DNA from: a virus | Virus record (IMG/VR): IMGVR_UViG_3300020048_000054 | Span: 1-64,000 of that record | Length of the DNA stretch: 64,000 bases | Reading direction: 5' to 3' (one strand) | Shown here: piece by piece, positions 10,086-19,477 of the stretch | Numbering within the stretch: position 1 is the stretch's first letter | Layout of the letters: every line of letters begins with the position of its first letter | Notes under the pieces: model-generated | Seen by the model: only the letters and a program-made list of their open reading frames with translations | Databases searched by the model: none | What the model was told of the DNA's origin: nothing | Position numbers and translations under genes: made by a program

Positions 10086-10267
10086 GTTTCATCCTCAGTT
10101 TCCATTTTATCCATAATATCTTCAATGTCAATAGTTCCATGCTTAAAATCATCCATAAGCCGACGAGTGTCGTGCCTATCTCCACGAGCTTTCTTTACTC
10201 TTGTCTTTTTCACAGTTCGGCGAAAGTCGCTATTATCCGGTTGTTTTCCTTTGTAAAAGTCTGACAT
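10082..10267 (-). CDS. Small hypothetical protein
   Basis: 61 aa, coupled to both neighbours by TAATG and ATGA overlaps. Confidence 0.65.
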   Translation of the reverse strand: MSDFYKGKQPDNSDFRRTVKKTRVKKARGDRHDTRRLMDDFKHGTIDIEDIMDKMETEDET

Positions 10268-11106
10268 TAAAAATCCTCGATGTTTTCCATTAAGCTTTTG
10301 AGTTTCTTTTCAATCATATATGTCATAACCTTAGACTTAGAACCAACAATTGGTTTTTCAAATTCGCTGATAATCTTATCTTCAAGATCAGATGGGATAC
10401 AAGATAGATCGATAACAGTTTTATTTCTGTCGTAGAATGGAAGTTCCTGAATGCGGTCATTCATGATATCATCCATCGCTTTAGACATGACTTTAGTTGT
10501 TAGTCTTGTTTGAGACTTATCCACATTAACAAACGTGTCATCATCTGAAAGAATGTTTGGTACTCCATCAGAAACATCTCCACGAATAATGTGTTCTAAT
10601 AGAAACATCTTTGGATTCTCTGTCTTAATGTAAGACTTCTTTAGTGGACTATATTGAACAACATTGTCAAATATACCAAGCTGCATGAAGTCTTTGTCGT
10701 TAGACAAAATTAGAATCTCTTCGAGTTTATGATAATGTTTTGCCAATACAAAAACAATATCATCTGCTTCTGTGGTTTCAACAGTTATGCTTTTATATGG
10801 AAAGACTTCACGAATTTCTTCACGAATCTTATGAAGACTAGAATATACAGCATCCCAATCTATATCAGATTTCTTCTGATTGTTTTTTCGGTTTTGCTTG
10901 TATTGTTGAAAGCTTTTCTTTCTCCAACAATTACTAGAATCGTTACAGATTACAAGCTGTCCATACTTTCCACGAAATTCTGAATTGTATTTTCGGTAGG
11001 TATTGAGAACCATATGCCTAATGGCATCTTCATTTAGTTCTGGAAATTCCTTCATTGATTGAAAGATACTTGCGAGAATGATCTGATTGTTATCTAAAAG
11101 TATAAT
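10267..11106 (-). CDS. rnh: RNase H / 5'-3' exonuclease (T4 rnh-like); probable ATT start at 11106
   Basis: EADD, SNDKDFMQL and GDVSDGVPN motifs; the frame extends 17 codons upstream of the track ATG as (I)ILLDNNQIILASIFQS, preceded by GAGGTG. Confidence 0.9.
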   Translation of the reverse strand: MILLDNNQIILASIFQSMKEFPELNEDAIRHMVLNTYRKYNSEFRGKYGQLVICNDSSNCWRKKSFQQYKQNRKNNQKKSDIDWDAVYSSLHKIREEIREVFPYKSITVETTEADDIVFVLAKHYHKLEEILILSNDKDFMQLGIFDNVVQYSPLKKSYIKTENPKMFLLEHIIRGDVSDGVPNILSDDDTFVNVDKSQTRLTTKVMSKAMDDIMNDRIQELPFYDRNKTVIDLSCIPSDLEDKIISEFEKPIVGSKSKVMTYMIEKKLKSLMENIEDF

Positions 11107-11125
11107 GTTGCACCTCTTTGTTCAT

Positions 11126-11153
11126 AGTATAGCAAGACACAAACTAATGTCAA
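11126..11153 (-). promoter_or_regulatory. Sigma70-like promoter upstream of rnh
   Basis: TTGACA-N16-TATACT with TGn extension. Confidence 0.75.
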
Positions 11154-11482
11154 TAGATATTAACCCATTGTTCACTGTTACCATCGCTGAGATACTTGTA
11201 TGTCTTTGCAGTAACAAGGTCAAACCACTCATCACCAACATTAGCCTTTATTGGTCGTGTGCCGCCCCAATAGAAGCGAACACCTGCAACTCCTCCACCC
11301 TGTAGAGAAGTCCAACCACCAACCTCTCCGTGAGCAGGAGAAGTTTCTGTAACCACTCGGTTTGCCACATATGTGCTACCCTTATAAGTTACAGAATCTC
11401 CAATTTTATATTTAAGAAGTTTGCCATCGGCATCATATGCGCGATAAGCACCTTTAAAATTTAAATTATCAAATGATGTCAT
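11150..11482 (-). CDS. Small protein with a CBM5/12-like module and a fibre-type GDxWFD repeat
   Basis: YKIGDSVTYKGSTYVA...P...GW, then P..ANVGDEWFD...Y.Y..DG...QWV. Confidence 0.55.
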   Translation of the reverse strand: MTSFDNLNFKGAYRAYDADGKLLKYKIGDSVTYKGSTYVANRVVTETSPAHGEVGGWTSLQGGGVAGVRFYWGGTRPIKANVGDEWFDLVTAKTYKYLSDGNSEQWVNIY

Positions 11483-12606
11483 TTAATTGATCGTAGAATA
11501 AGAGTGTTGGTATTAATTCGACCAGTAGGAATAGATTCTTTTGCCTTTATCGACTTCCATGTATTATTTATAGAACGAATACCATCTTTCTTCGCTATCT
11601 TAATAAATTCTGTTGGCTTACGAATAGACTTTTCTTTAGATAGAGCAGCATCAAATCCAATAATGGTGGAACCCTTCACAGAAATTCCTGAAGTGCTTGT
11701 GTCTGCGTAGAAAATAGATGCCTTATGTGTCTTTGTATTATATACAATAACCGTAGACGCTCCGATAATCTCTTCCGGAAGAATTGACTCAGCACCACTT
11801 GCAGTATCTTTTACCAAATACTTCAGCTTCTTGACAACTTGTTCTGGCTTCTTCTTTTTCTTCTTGCGCGGCTTACGATTACTTTTCATAATTGACATAT
11901 GAAGTTTTAGTTGATCGCAAATTAGTTTGTTAAAGTCGTAGAACTTTCTGAGCTGAGCTTTGCTTAGGTAATTATATCCTTCAAGCAATTGTTCATTTTC
12001 GCCAAGAAGAGCCATCTTCAATTCTTCTGTCCGATGATCAAATGTCTGAAGCATAAATTCACAATGCATTCCGCTTGGTTCAGCAGATTTGATCCATTGT
12101 TCCATATCAAACTTCTTATAGGAATCACGAGATCCTAGAATATATTCCATATAGTCATCGATCTCTTCTTCCAATTCAGAAGCCAATATACAAGATTGCT
12201 TCATAACACGGCTTCTCACGGAGATAGGTTCATCTGTTTTTTCTTCAACAGAAATACACTTACCACGAGCAATCAATGTGAGAATAGTAGAATCTACTAT
12301 GTCTTGGAATTGCTCAGGAAGAATACAACCTTTATTAGCTGCTTGGCATTTTCCGCCAATGCTTCTAAATTCATAGTTGTCTGTGTTTAGCCTATGAACA
12401 TACTCTCCTTCTTCGATCTTGAGTCGATCAACGTACTCTAACACAGCAATGCGATAGTCGCGTTCAGTATAGCGAACATTATACCAATTGGCAGCAAGAG
12501 CGATAGACCAAGTTACCTTATCGGTATCTTTAAAGTCTTCCGGTGTCCAGTGCTTCCAGTTTGGTTCTTTACCGTAGAAAATGTCTTCAGCGTTTTGTTT
12601 AATCAT
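11479..12606 (-). CDS. Hypothetical protein of the T4-like type, Lys-rich C-terminus
   Basis: 375 aa; QLLEGY, RKPRKKK, IIGA, KGST, LRKP-like and GRIN..TLIL segments resemble a T4-like conserved hypothetical family. Confidence 0.7.
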   Translation of the reverse strand: MIKQNAEDIFYGKEPNWKHWTPEDFKDTDKVTWSIALAANWYNVRYTERDYRIAVLEYVDRLKIEEGEYVHRLNTDNYEFRSIGGKCQAANKGCILPEQFQDIVDSTILTLIARGKCISVEEKTDEPISVRSRVMKQSCILASELEEEIDDYMEYILGSRDSYKKFDMEQWIKSAEPSGMHCEFMLQTFDHRTEELKMALLGENEQLLEGYNYLSKAQLRKFYDFNKLICDQLKLHMSIMKSNRKPRKKKKKKPEQVVKKLKYLVKDTASGAESILPEEIIGASTVIVYNTKTHKASIFYADTSTSGISVKGSTIIGFDAALSKEKSIRKPTEFIKIAKKDGIRSINNTWKSIKAKESIPTGRINTNTLILRSIK

Positions 12607-14197
12607 TTGGTTTATAGAATATGAGGATAGGTTCGTATTTTACATAACTTCCGTTGACTTTGCAATAGTTTTTACACTTAGGCACACCATTTTCGTCTAA
12701 CCGATTTTGACCAGGCATGGATTCAAGACCCATTTTCAATACGCCTTTAAACTTCATACCAAGGCTTTCTAATATATCTTTAGAATCTTGTTCTAATGGC
12801 AGATATTCTCCAGAAATTAACAAGTCTGCTATATTCCACAACAGATAACGATCTGCCTTCAGATATGATACACAGGTTTCTAGAGTTGGTCGTAAAAAAC
12901 CATCTCTCCAAGATTCGTATGTACTAAACTTCTTATACGATTGCTCTGCATCTTCTGAATAGGCTTCTCTATTAAAGTACGGAGGAGAAGTAAAGACTAA
13001 ATCTAACTTGCCCTTGTATGCCTGAAAGGACTCCAACTTATGAATTTCTTCAGAGCCGGATGAGTACACATCGTATGTGTTTGTGTTAGAGAAGAATGTG
13101 TTTGATCTATACGTTTTGGTATTGTAAAAATCTGCAAGAGCATGGTACTTTGATGGATAACCATCAGCAACCCAGTTCTCAGAATTAGGATCAGTACCCA
13201 CATAATGCACACTACGAGCATCGCTAAAAGACATAGCGCCAAGAATGCGACCACCCCAACCGCTAGAGGGATCGTAAATAACCAATCGATCATGTCCTTC
13301 AATATGTTCCGTGAATCTTTCATAAATGTACTTTGCTGTTAGTGGGGGAAAATTAACTGCTACTTGAATATAACCAATTCGAAACGAAGCAAATCCGGCT
13401 GGAAATACTCGTTCTCCTTTTTTGTATATTCTTATAGAGTAAACTCTGTCATCTTTTGTGTTTGTGTTAGTATGATCAAATGTGGAATAATGCCTGTAAG
13501 ACATCTTTGGTTTCCACTTTAGAAATTCATCTTTAGTGATCTGAAGTATGTCGCTCTGCTGAATCTGAAAGTATCCACTATTCAATCCGGTTCGCAGCAT
13601 TACTTCTTCGAGCATAAAATCATATCCCTCGAATATAGAAGGATTCTCAAAAAAGGCTTGAATCCATTCTTCTCCGGAATTTGATTCTATGATTCCATAC
13701 TTTGTGTTATTCTTTATGCCAGATAAAGCATGACGATAAAAAGAATCACGACGAAGATGCCTAGTCGCACCTTTAACCACTCGACCAAGATATGCGTCAT
13801 CTGCAAATAGATCATACACAGAATGACCAGTATCTTTTTCTGTGTAGTTGATTCGAGTCTTCATCATGTTGGAGAACCACTGATCTGCTTCTCCACCAAT
13901 TCTGGCTTTATTGATTATAACGTCATTTACAGTTCCATCGGTATTTAACTCATCTGTGTGAGTAAACTGAGAAACTGGATAGTTCATCATCTTGTTAAAC
14001 TGATCAATTACATCCGCTTCGCTTTTGCCAGTGCGAGGAGGGCAGCCAAAAGTATCCCATGCATAAAGAATTTCTTTACGCATTTCTTTAACCCACTGTT
14101 CAAATTCTATTGGAGTCTTGTTTAAGAGATCTTCAAATAAAACATTAACATTGGAAGAAATAACGTAATCATTTCTTACATAGAAATTACTGCTCAT
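12599..14197 (-). CDS. Putative DNA amino-methyltransferase (m4C/m6A)
   Basis: SAM-binding YDPSSGWGGR followed by catalytic FTSPPY; WNIAD. Confidence 0.8.
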   Translation of the reverse strand: MSSNFYVRNDYVISSNVNVLFEDLLNKTPIEFEQWVKEMRKEILYAWDTFGCPPRTGKSEADVIDQFNKMMNYPVSQFTHTDELNTDGTVNDVIINKARIGGEADQWFSNMMKTRINYTEKDTGHSVYDLFADDAYLGRVVKGATRHLRRDSFYRHALSGIKNNTKYGIIESNSGEEWIQAFFENPSIFEGYDFMLEEVMLRTGLNSGYFQIQQSDILQITKDEFLKWKPKMSYRHYSTFDHTNTNTKDDRVYSIRIYKKGERVFPAGFASFRIGYIQVAVNFPPLTAKYIYERFTEHIEGHDRLVIYDPSSGWGGRILGAMSFSDARSVHYVGTDPNSENWVADGYPSKYHALADFYNTKTYRSNTFFSNTNTYDVYSSGSEEIHKLESFQAYKGKLDLVFTSPPYFNREAYSEDAEQSYKKFSTYESWRDGFLRPTLETCVSYLKADRYLLWNIADLLISGEYLPLEQDSKDILESLGMKFKGVLKMGLESMPGQNRLDENGVPKCKNYCKVNGSYVKYEPILIFYKPND

Positions 14198-14203
14198 GAT
14201 ATT

Positions 14204-14231
14204 AGTATACCGTATTTGTTGAAAACATCAA
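14204..14231 (-). promoter_or_regulatory. Sigma70-like promoter upstream of the methyltransferase
   Basis: TTGATG-N16-TATACT-N6-ATG. Confidence 0.6.
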
Positions 14232-14992
14232 GCACCAACATTCCAAAACAATGCATCTGTAGAGCCATACTTTTTCATGAACTCCCATGCCTTTGCATCG
14301 TATGTTGGAGCAGAAGGAAATGGCGGAGCATTTTCAGGCTTTATTGGTTTGTTAAAAGGAATATCACATTGATATACCTTAGCTCTACCATAATCTCCCT
14401 TATGTCCAACAGCCACGACATGAAAGTTAGCGTCTGGCCAAGCCATTTGTAATCCTCTTGTTAAGACTCCACTTGAACCAACGCTCCATACTTCTTTAGG
14501 TCGCATTGTCATATATCGAGCAACCTTAACTATAGAGGCAAGTACTGTCTCATCCTCACCACCAATTGGTATTAGGCATCTGGTAGAAGGAGATTGCTTA
14601 ACATAATCTTTGGCTCGTTTCTCAGTAACACTAAGCATACCATTAGGCACAAATCTCATGTCTGCACCAGAATCAATAGCCATTTGTTGGTATTCATGTA
14701 ACTTATCCATAGAACGCTCAGCCATGAAGATTACTGCCTTTTTACCATACTTAGAAGCTACTTTAGCGATGCTTATTTGAGCATAACCTGTCGCGGGGGA
14801 ACTTCCGTAAACAAACTCCGTATAGGGGAGCCTAGACACCATATAATCAATGAAGCGCATCTTCGACCCCCCTCCAATGTAGTCATCTCGGACAACAAAG
14901 AACTTATCGTGTCTGCGAACGATGGGAGCAGCGTTTGGATCATTCCAATCTGCTATCAACTCCAAATAATCATCAGTTGTCATTAGGCTCAT
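14228..14992 (-). CDS. PLP-dependent enzyme, fold type II (ACC deaminase / D-Cys desulfhydrase-like)
   Basis: VVRDD..GGGSKMR (Schiff-base Lys), GSSG phosphate loop and TYDAKAW. Confidence 0.8.
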   Translation of the reverse strand: MSLMTTDDYLELIADWNDPNAAPIVRRHDKFFVVRDDYIGGGSKMRFIDYMVSRLPYTEFVYGSSPATGYAQISIAKVASKYGKKAVIFMAERSMDKLHEYQQMAIDSGADMRFVPNGMLSVTEKRAKDYVKQSPSTRCLIPIGGEDETVLASIVKVARYMTMRPKEVWSVGSSGVLTRGLQMAWPDANFHVVAVGHKGDYGRAKVYQCDIPFNKPIKPENAPPFPSAPTYDAKAWEFMKKYGSTDALFWNVGA

Positions 14993-16710
14993 GATACACT
15001 CAGCTTGCTAAAGTTCTTTTTCTTCTCTAGACTAATAACCGTGCTAAACTTATCCACAAGAGTGTCTGCGCGGTGTGATATTACGAATATGTTAGTTTTG
15101 GAATCTAATCCTGTCAAGAGTTTCATGAACTCTTCTGCTCCAACGGCATCTAGAGAGGAATCAAATATTTCGTCTAGAATCAATAGGTTACAGTTTGCAC
15201 TGTTTTTGACTCTAGCAACTTCTCTCCATGCCAGCAATAGAGACAGATCTATTCTCATCTTTTCTCCCTCACTGAAGCTCATGTAGCTAAAGCTGTCTCG
15301 ACTACGACTTTTAATCGTCTCGTTGAATTCTTCATCTAGACTAAACTGTGCGAAGAAATCCATAGCCGATAGAAACTTATTAACTGTCTTGTTAATAATT
15401 GGAAGATAGTTCTTTATAATCTTTCCCTTGATGCCAGAATCACGAAGAAGAATTCCTGCTATCTCCATATGGCGAATACCATCTTGTAGTTGCTTTCTTC
15501 CTGTATTGATATCAATCAACTGATTCTCTATAGTTTCTAGCTCTATGGTTTCTGTAGCGACACCATCTTCCGTTGTATTGGATTGACTCAATTCAGAAGT
15601 GAGTTCCTTTATATTCTTCATCACAGCGTCATATGAAATATTCAACTGTGAGATTGACAATTTAATAGAACGAATTTCTTCTAATGTCTTTTCGTGAATG
15701 TTTCGAATCTCTTCTGCTGATTCTAATTTAACATCAATGTCAGTAATGGCTTTGACGTATTCTGTTTCCTTTACTTCTTTTTGTTCTATTTGTGTTTTCT
15801 TAAAAGAATCTGTAATTGCTTGCTTACATACAGGGCAGGAATCGTTGTCGTGGAAAAATCCAATTTCTTTTTTGCAATTGTCTGAGTTTTGTTGAATTTG
15901 AGTCTTCAACTTCTCTAGTGTCTTAATCGTCTTATCTGTCTTTGATTTTACAGTTTCATCTAACACAATAGACGAAAGAGAATTAACATGAGTCTGTTTC
16001 TTCTGAGTTATTTCTTCGCAGGATGAGTTTAGTGATTTTAGCTTTTCATTAATTTTCTCAACAGACTCTTTGCTCTTTGCCTGTATTGATTTGATAAACT
16101 TCTTCTTTAGGTTTATCTTTTCACCCAATAACGAAATTTCAGTATCGTATGTGTGAATCATACTTTTAGTCAGAGACATTCTGCTCTTTAGTATGGTGTT
16201 CATTGTTGTAAACACATTGATGTCAAGAATGTCTTCAATGACGTTTCGTCTATCCGCTGCCGGCAGCTGCATGAATGGAACAAACGAAGAACGACCAAGA
16301 ATTACTACTTGAGTAAATGACTTGTAATTCATTCGTAGAATCTGTTCTTCGAAGAAATCTTGATAATCTTTATTCTTTGCAGATTGGTTGATCATTTCTC
16401 CATTTTTATAAATCTCAAATAGCTTTGGAGCCAATCCTCGTTTAACAACATACTTATCAATTCCAATTTGAAATGACAACTCAACAACACAGTCTTTCTT
16501 GTTGATCGAGTTGACTAATTGAGGTATGTTGATTTTTCGAAATGGTTTACCGAATAGTGCAAATGTAATAGAATCTAGAAACGCAAAAGATTTACCATTG
16601 CCATTAATTCCGGAGACAAGAGTATTCTTTCTAGCGTCTAGTACTATTTCAGTAAAATTGTTTCCAAACGAACCAAAGTTTTTAAATTTTACTTTCTGAA
16701 ATATAATCAT
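14989..16710 (-). CDS. gp46: Recombination endonuclease subunit (Rad50/SbcC-like)
   Basis: GINGNGKS, CPVC zinc hook, FSEGEKMRIDL and LILDEIFDSSLD. Confidence 0.96.
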   Translation of the reverse strand: MIIFQKVKFKNFGSFGNNFTEIVLDARKNTLVSGINGNGKSFAFLDSITFALFGKPFRKINIPQLVNSINKKDCVVELSFQIGIDKYVVKRGLAPKLFEIYKNGEMINQSAKNKDYQDFFEEQILRMNYKSFTQVVILGRSSFVPFMQLPAADRRNVIEDILDINVFTTMNTILKSRMSLTKSMIHTYDTEISLLGEKINLKKKFIKSIQAKSKESVEKINEKLKSLNSSCEEITQKKQTHVNSLSSIVLDETVKSKTDKTIKTLEKLKTQIQQNSDNCKKEIGFFHDNDSCPVCKQAITDSFKKTQIEQKEVKETEYVKAITDIDVKLESAEEIRNIHEKTLEEIRSIKLSISQLNISYDAVMKNIKELTSELSQSNTTEDGVATETIELETIENQLIDINTGRKQLQDGIRHMEIAGILLRDSGIKGKIIKNYLPIINKTVNKFLSAMDFFAQFSLDEEFNETIKSRSRDSFSYMSFSEGEKMRIDLSLLLAWREVARVKNSANCNLLILDEIFDSSLDAVGAEEFMKLLTGLDSKTNIFVISHRADTLVDKFSTVISLEKKKNFSKLSVS

Positions 16711-17744
16711 ATAGAAATGCTTTCGATATACAGTTCATGAATCAACATTTTTAGTTTATCTTTATCTTCTGAGATTTCAAGTTTATCTATCTCATCGTTA
16801 ATAATTGTAATGGTATCTTGAGCCATATCAATTACTTCTTCGGAAGTTTCTATTTGATCTTCGATGATATTAATATTGATAACGCCAGCTTGTACCATCT
16901 TATCAATGTATTCATCAAATACTACTGGCTTAGTTTTCTTAACAACAATAATCTTCACATATGTGTTCTTATAAAGATCAAACTTAGTAGAAAGAACATC
17001 AGTTGCATCATTGTACATTATTACATGATACATTCTTTCTGGGTTCTCTACGAATTCTAGTTCTCGTGTGTCCGTATCAAATACATGAAACCCCTTGACT
17101 TGTCTTGCATCAGAGAATGTAATTTGATACTGGGTTCCTAAGTAGTGAACATTTTTCTTAGAAGTTTTACCATGAAAATGCCCGGATATGACCATTTCAT
17201 AACAAGAGAGAATAGTATCATCCATTCCTCCCTCGAAGTTAACTCCATGAATTACTTCATAACCGTTTAACTCAAAATGACCACAAATAATTGAGGTAGA
17301 ACAGTTTTTAATAAATGTATGAAACTCTTGTTCATTCTCTTTATTGATCCACGGAACCATAGCAATCTTAACACCATCAAAATCAAGAATCGTTGGTTTC
17401 TCGTGGAGAGTTATTGATTTGTACTTAGTGCAAAACAATTCCTTGATGGAATTGACTTCATTTGTGTTCTTGAAGAATGTGTCATGATTGCCTAAGATGC
17501 AATGTAACCTTACATTATTGTTTTCGAACCACTCAATGAACTGAGTTCGAACAATAGACAGTGTGTTGAAATTTACAAACTTACGGCGATCTAAAAGATC
17601 TCCCAAGTGTAATACTGTGTCTATCTTATGTTCTTTGCAATATGGAAAGAACTGATCATTAAAGAATCGCATAAAGTAATCAAGAAATAATGGTGAATCA
17701 TTTCTTGCTCCAAAATGCGTATCATTGATGATTGCAATTTTCAC
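16707..17744 (-). CDS. gp47: Recombination endonuclease subunit (Mre11/SbcD-like)
   Basis: DTHFG, GDLLD, GNHD, GHFE and SGHFH metallophosphoesterase motifs. Confidence 0.96.
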   Translation of the reverse strand: MKIAIINDTHFGARNDSPLFLDYFMRFFNDQFFPYCKEHKIDTVLHLGDLLDRRKFVNFNTLSIVRTQFIEWFENNNVRLHCILGNHDTFFKNTNEVNSIKELFCTKYKSITLHEKPTILDFDGVKIAMVPWINKENEQEFHTFIKNCSTSIICGHFELNGYEVIHGVNFEGGMDDTILSCYEMVISGHFHGKTSKKNVHYLGTQYQITFSDARQVKGFHVFDTDTRELEFVENPERMYHVIMYNDATDVLSTKFDLYKNTYVKIIVVKKTKPVVFDEYIDKMVQAGVININIIEDQIETSEEVIDMAQDTITIINDEIDKLEISEDKDKLKMLIHELYIESISI

Positions 17745-18031
17745 TTCTTACTCTTTCCTCGTTTAATGTTCTTCGTAGTAATGATAATACGAGCATAGTT
17801 TTCTTCTACTACGGTGCTGTCAATCGTAATTGATTCTACCATCACATCATCTACATCATTAACAGTATTAAGCAGTCTATCTCCAACCATAATACATGGA
17901 CCGCCTTCGAAGTCAAACATACCTTCGCCCCCTCTGCTGAACAGAGTACGTCCTTCGATGGTATATGTTCCATCGTCACGCTTTGTTATGATTCGGTCAT
18001 CCCCATACCTAGATTTAAATTTCTTTACCAT
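17741..18031 (-). CDS. Hypothetical protein
   Basis: 96 aa, overlaps the gp55 stop and the gp47 start. Confidence 0.65.
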   Translation of the reverse strand: MVKKFKSRYGDDRIITKRDDGTYTIEGRTLFSRGGEGMFDFEGGPCIMVGDRLLNTVNDVDDVMVESITIDSTVVEENYARIIITTKNIKRGKSKK

Positions 18032-18603
18032 TACGATTTTCTCTTTTTCTTCTTCTTTGGTTCAAACTTCTTTATATCATTATCAGAAATTTGGAAATGA
18101 TCAGATATGGCTTGTTGTACTGTGTCTTTTTCAAAGTAGTTCTCTTTGAACCACCTATGAACAGAACCATCATCCATTAGCTCTGTCATTTTAAGTTTAA
18201 TGTATGACTGTTTCTTTTCCTTTTCAATTCTCCGCAAGAAAGCATAATATATGATTTGAGTGAAATATGAAAATGGATTCTTTGATTTTTCTGGGTCGAA
18301 GTTATGAGCATACATTAGGCAATTCTCTATGCCGTCTGATACCATCTCTTCTCTATATGGGTAATTGACAAAATTACCCTTTCGGGATAGATGCTCAGCA
18401 ATGTTCATAAAACATTCGCCTATGTAATTGGTTATTGGTGGTCGCTTTTCGTCAGACTCTTCTGCTTCTTTGCAGAGCTTCTTCCATTCGACCATATCGA
18501 TATAGAATAGCTTGTTATCAACGTAGTGATCTACTGGCTTTTCTATTCGTTTTATTAGTGGGGGATCCGATGTAACAGACTTCTTCTTTTTCTTTTTAGC
18601 CAT
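18031..18603 (-). CDS. gp55: Late transcription sigma factor
   Basis: HYVDNK, YIGECF..IA..LS...NF..Y, EMVSDGIEN and NPFSYFTQI.YYAFLRRI. Confidence 0.96.
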   Translation of the reverse strand: MAKKKKKKSVTSDPPLIKRIEKPVDHYVDNKLFYIDMVEWKKLCKEAEESDEKRPPITNYIGECFMNIAEHLSRKGNFVNYPYREEMVSDGIENCLMYAHNFDPEKSKNPFSYFTQIIYYAFLRRIEKEKKQSYIKLKMTELMDDGSVHRWFKENYFEKDTVQQAISDHFQISDNDIKKFEPKKKKKRKS

Positions 18604-18624
18604 TGTATAAACTCCTACTTCACT

Positions 18625-18652
18625 AGTATAACCACTAATATGGTAAATCCAA
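18625..18652 (-). promoter_or_regulatory. Sigma70-like promoter upstream of gp55
   Basis: TTGGAT-N16-TATACT, followed by SD AGGAG and ATG. Confidence 0.55.
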
Positions 18653-18662
18653 AAGAATTATG

Positions 18663-18691
18663 TTGATTTCTCTTGACACCATGATTACACT
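18663..18691 (+). promoter_or_regulatory. Possible antisense sigma70-like promoter
   Basis: TTGATT-N17-TACACT on the + strand in the largest intergenic gap. Confidence 0.35.
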
Positions 18692-18742
18692 GTCTGTGTA
18701 TGGTATGAGAAAGATATTAGTATCTTAAATATACTCTAAGTA

Positions 18743-19477
18743 TTACTGATATTCATCTGAGAGTGGGTCTGGGTTCCAGTCTGTCCACTTATTACCAAAA
18801 CCATCCCGATCCTTTTCGTCTCCAGTGTATCGGTGTTCATTAATCGATTCGCCAGTCTTTCTTTTCTTCTTCTTCTTAGATTGAGAAAGATTGAAGTGAT
18901 TAATCATATCCATAATATCGCGGGGGTCAATCAACCCGTCATTAATCATATTGGCTAATACTTGAGGAGAAAAAACCAGACTCATGTGTATTACGTTTTC
19001 CATTTCCTTACTCTTTGGCTTTCTTTTATTAGGCTTAGGAGTCTTTGGAAGTTTGGTTTTCTCTACTTCGTTAAAAAGATTTTCAAACATATCCTGAATC
19101 ATATTTTCATATTCAGCAGCATTTAAATCTTGATCATCAGTAACTTTAGGATTGACCAGATCAGCTAATGGAGTCTTCTCATACATTGGAAGATTTTCTC
19201 TATCTTGTTCGGACAGATAATACGACATAACATCAGGAGTTGGTTCTAGAGTAGTGGCTATAAAATCGGTAGGAATGGTAGTTTCACTCTGCTTACCAAA
19301 CGATAACCAATTCTTAAGAATTACGCCTTCTTTGATATTGCCGTGAGAATCAGGAATAGAAATGGTCTTAAATATCATAGGTTTACTTAAAGTAACCTTA
19401 CCATTTTCTGAACCAGCAATTTCAGCGATTAATTCTTCGCCGCTTCTTAATTTTATTACTCTGAAAATTTGTGTCAT
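18743..19477 (-). CDS. Hypothetical protein downstream of uvsW (Sm-like N-terminus)
   Basis: IKLRSGEELIAEI...P...W N-terminus; syntenic position in T4-like phages. Confidence 0.7.
   Translation of the reverse strand: MTQIFRVIKLRSGEELIAEIAGSENGKVTLSKPMIFKTISIPDSHGNIKEGVILKNWLSFGKQSETTIPTDFIATTLEPTPDVMSYYLSEQDRENLPMYEKTPLADLVNPKVTDDQDLNAAEYENMIQDMFENLFNEVEKTKLPKTPKPNKRKPKSKEMENVIHMSLVFSPQVLANMINDGLIDPRDIMDMINHFNLSQSKKKKKRKTGESINEHRYTGDEKDRDGFGNKWTDWNPDPLSDEYQ

Noticed and set aside
12599-14197. Restriction-modification system
   Set aside because: No adjacent ORF shows PD-(D/E)xK, HNH or GIY-YIG nuclease motifs
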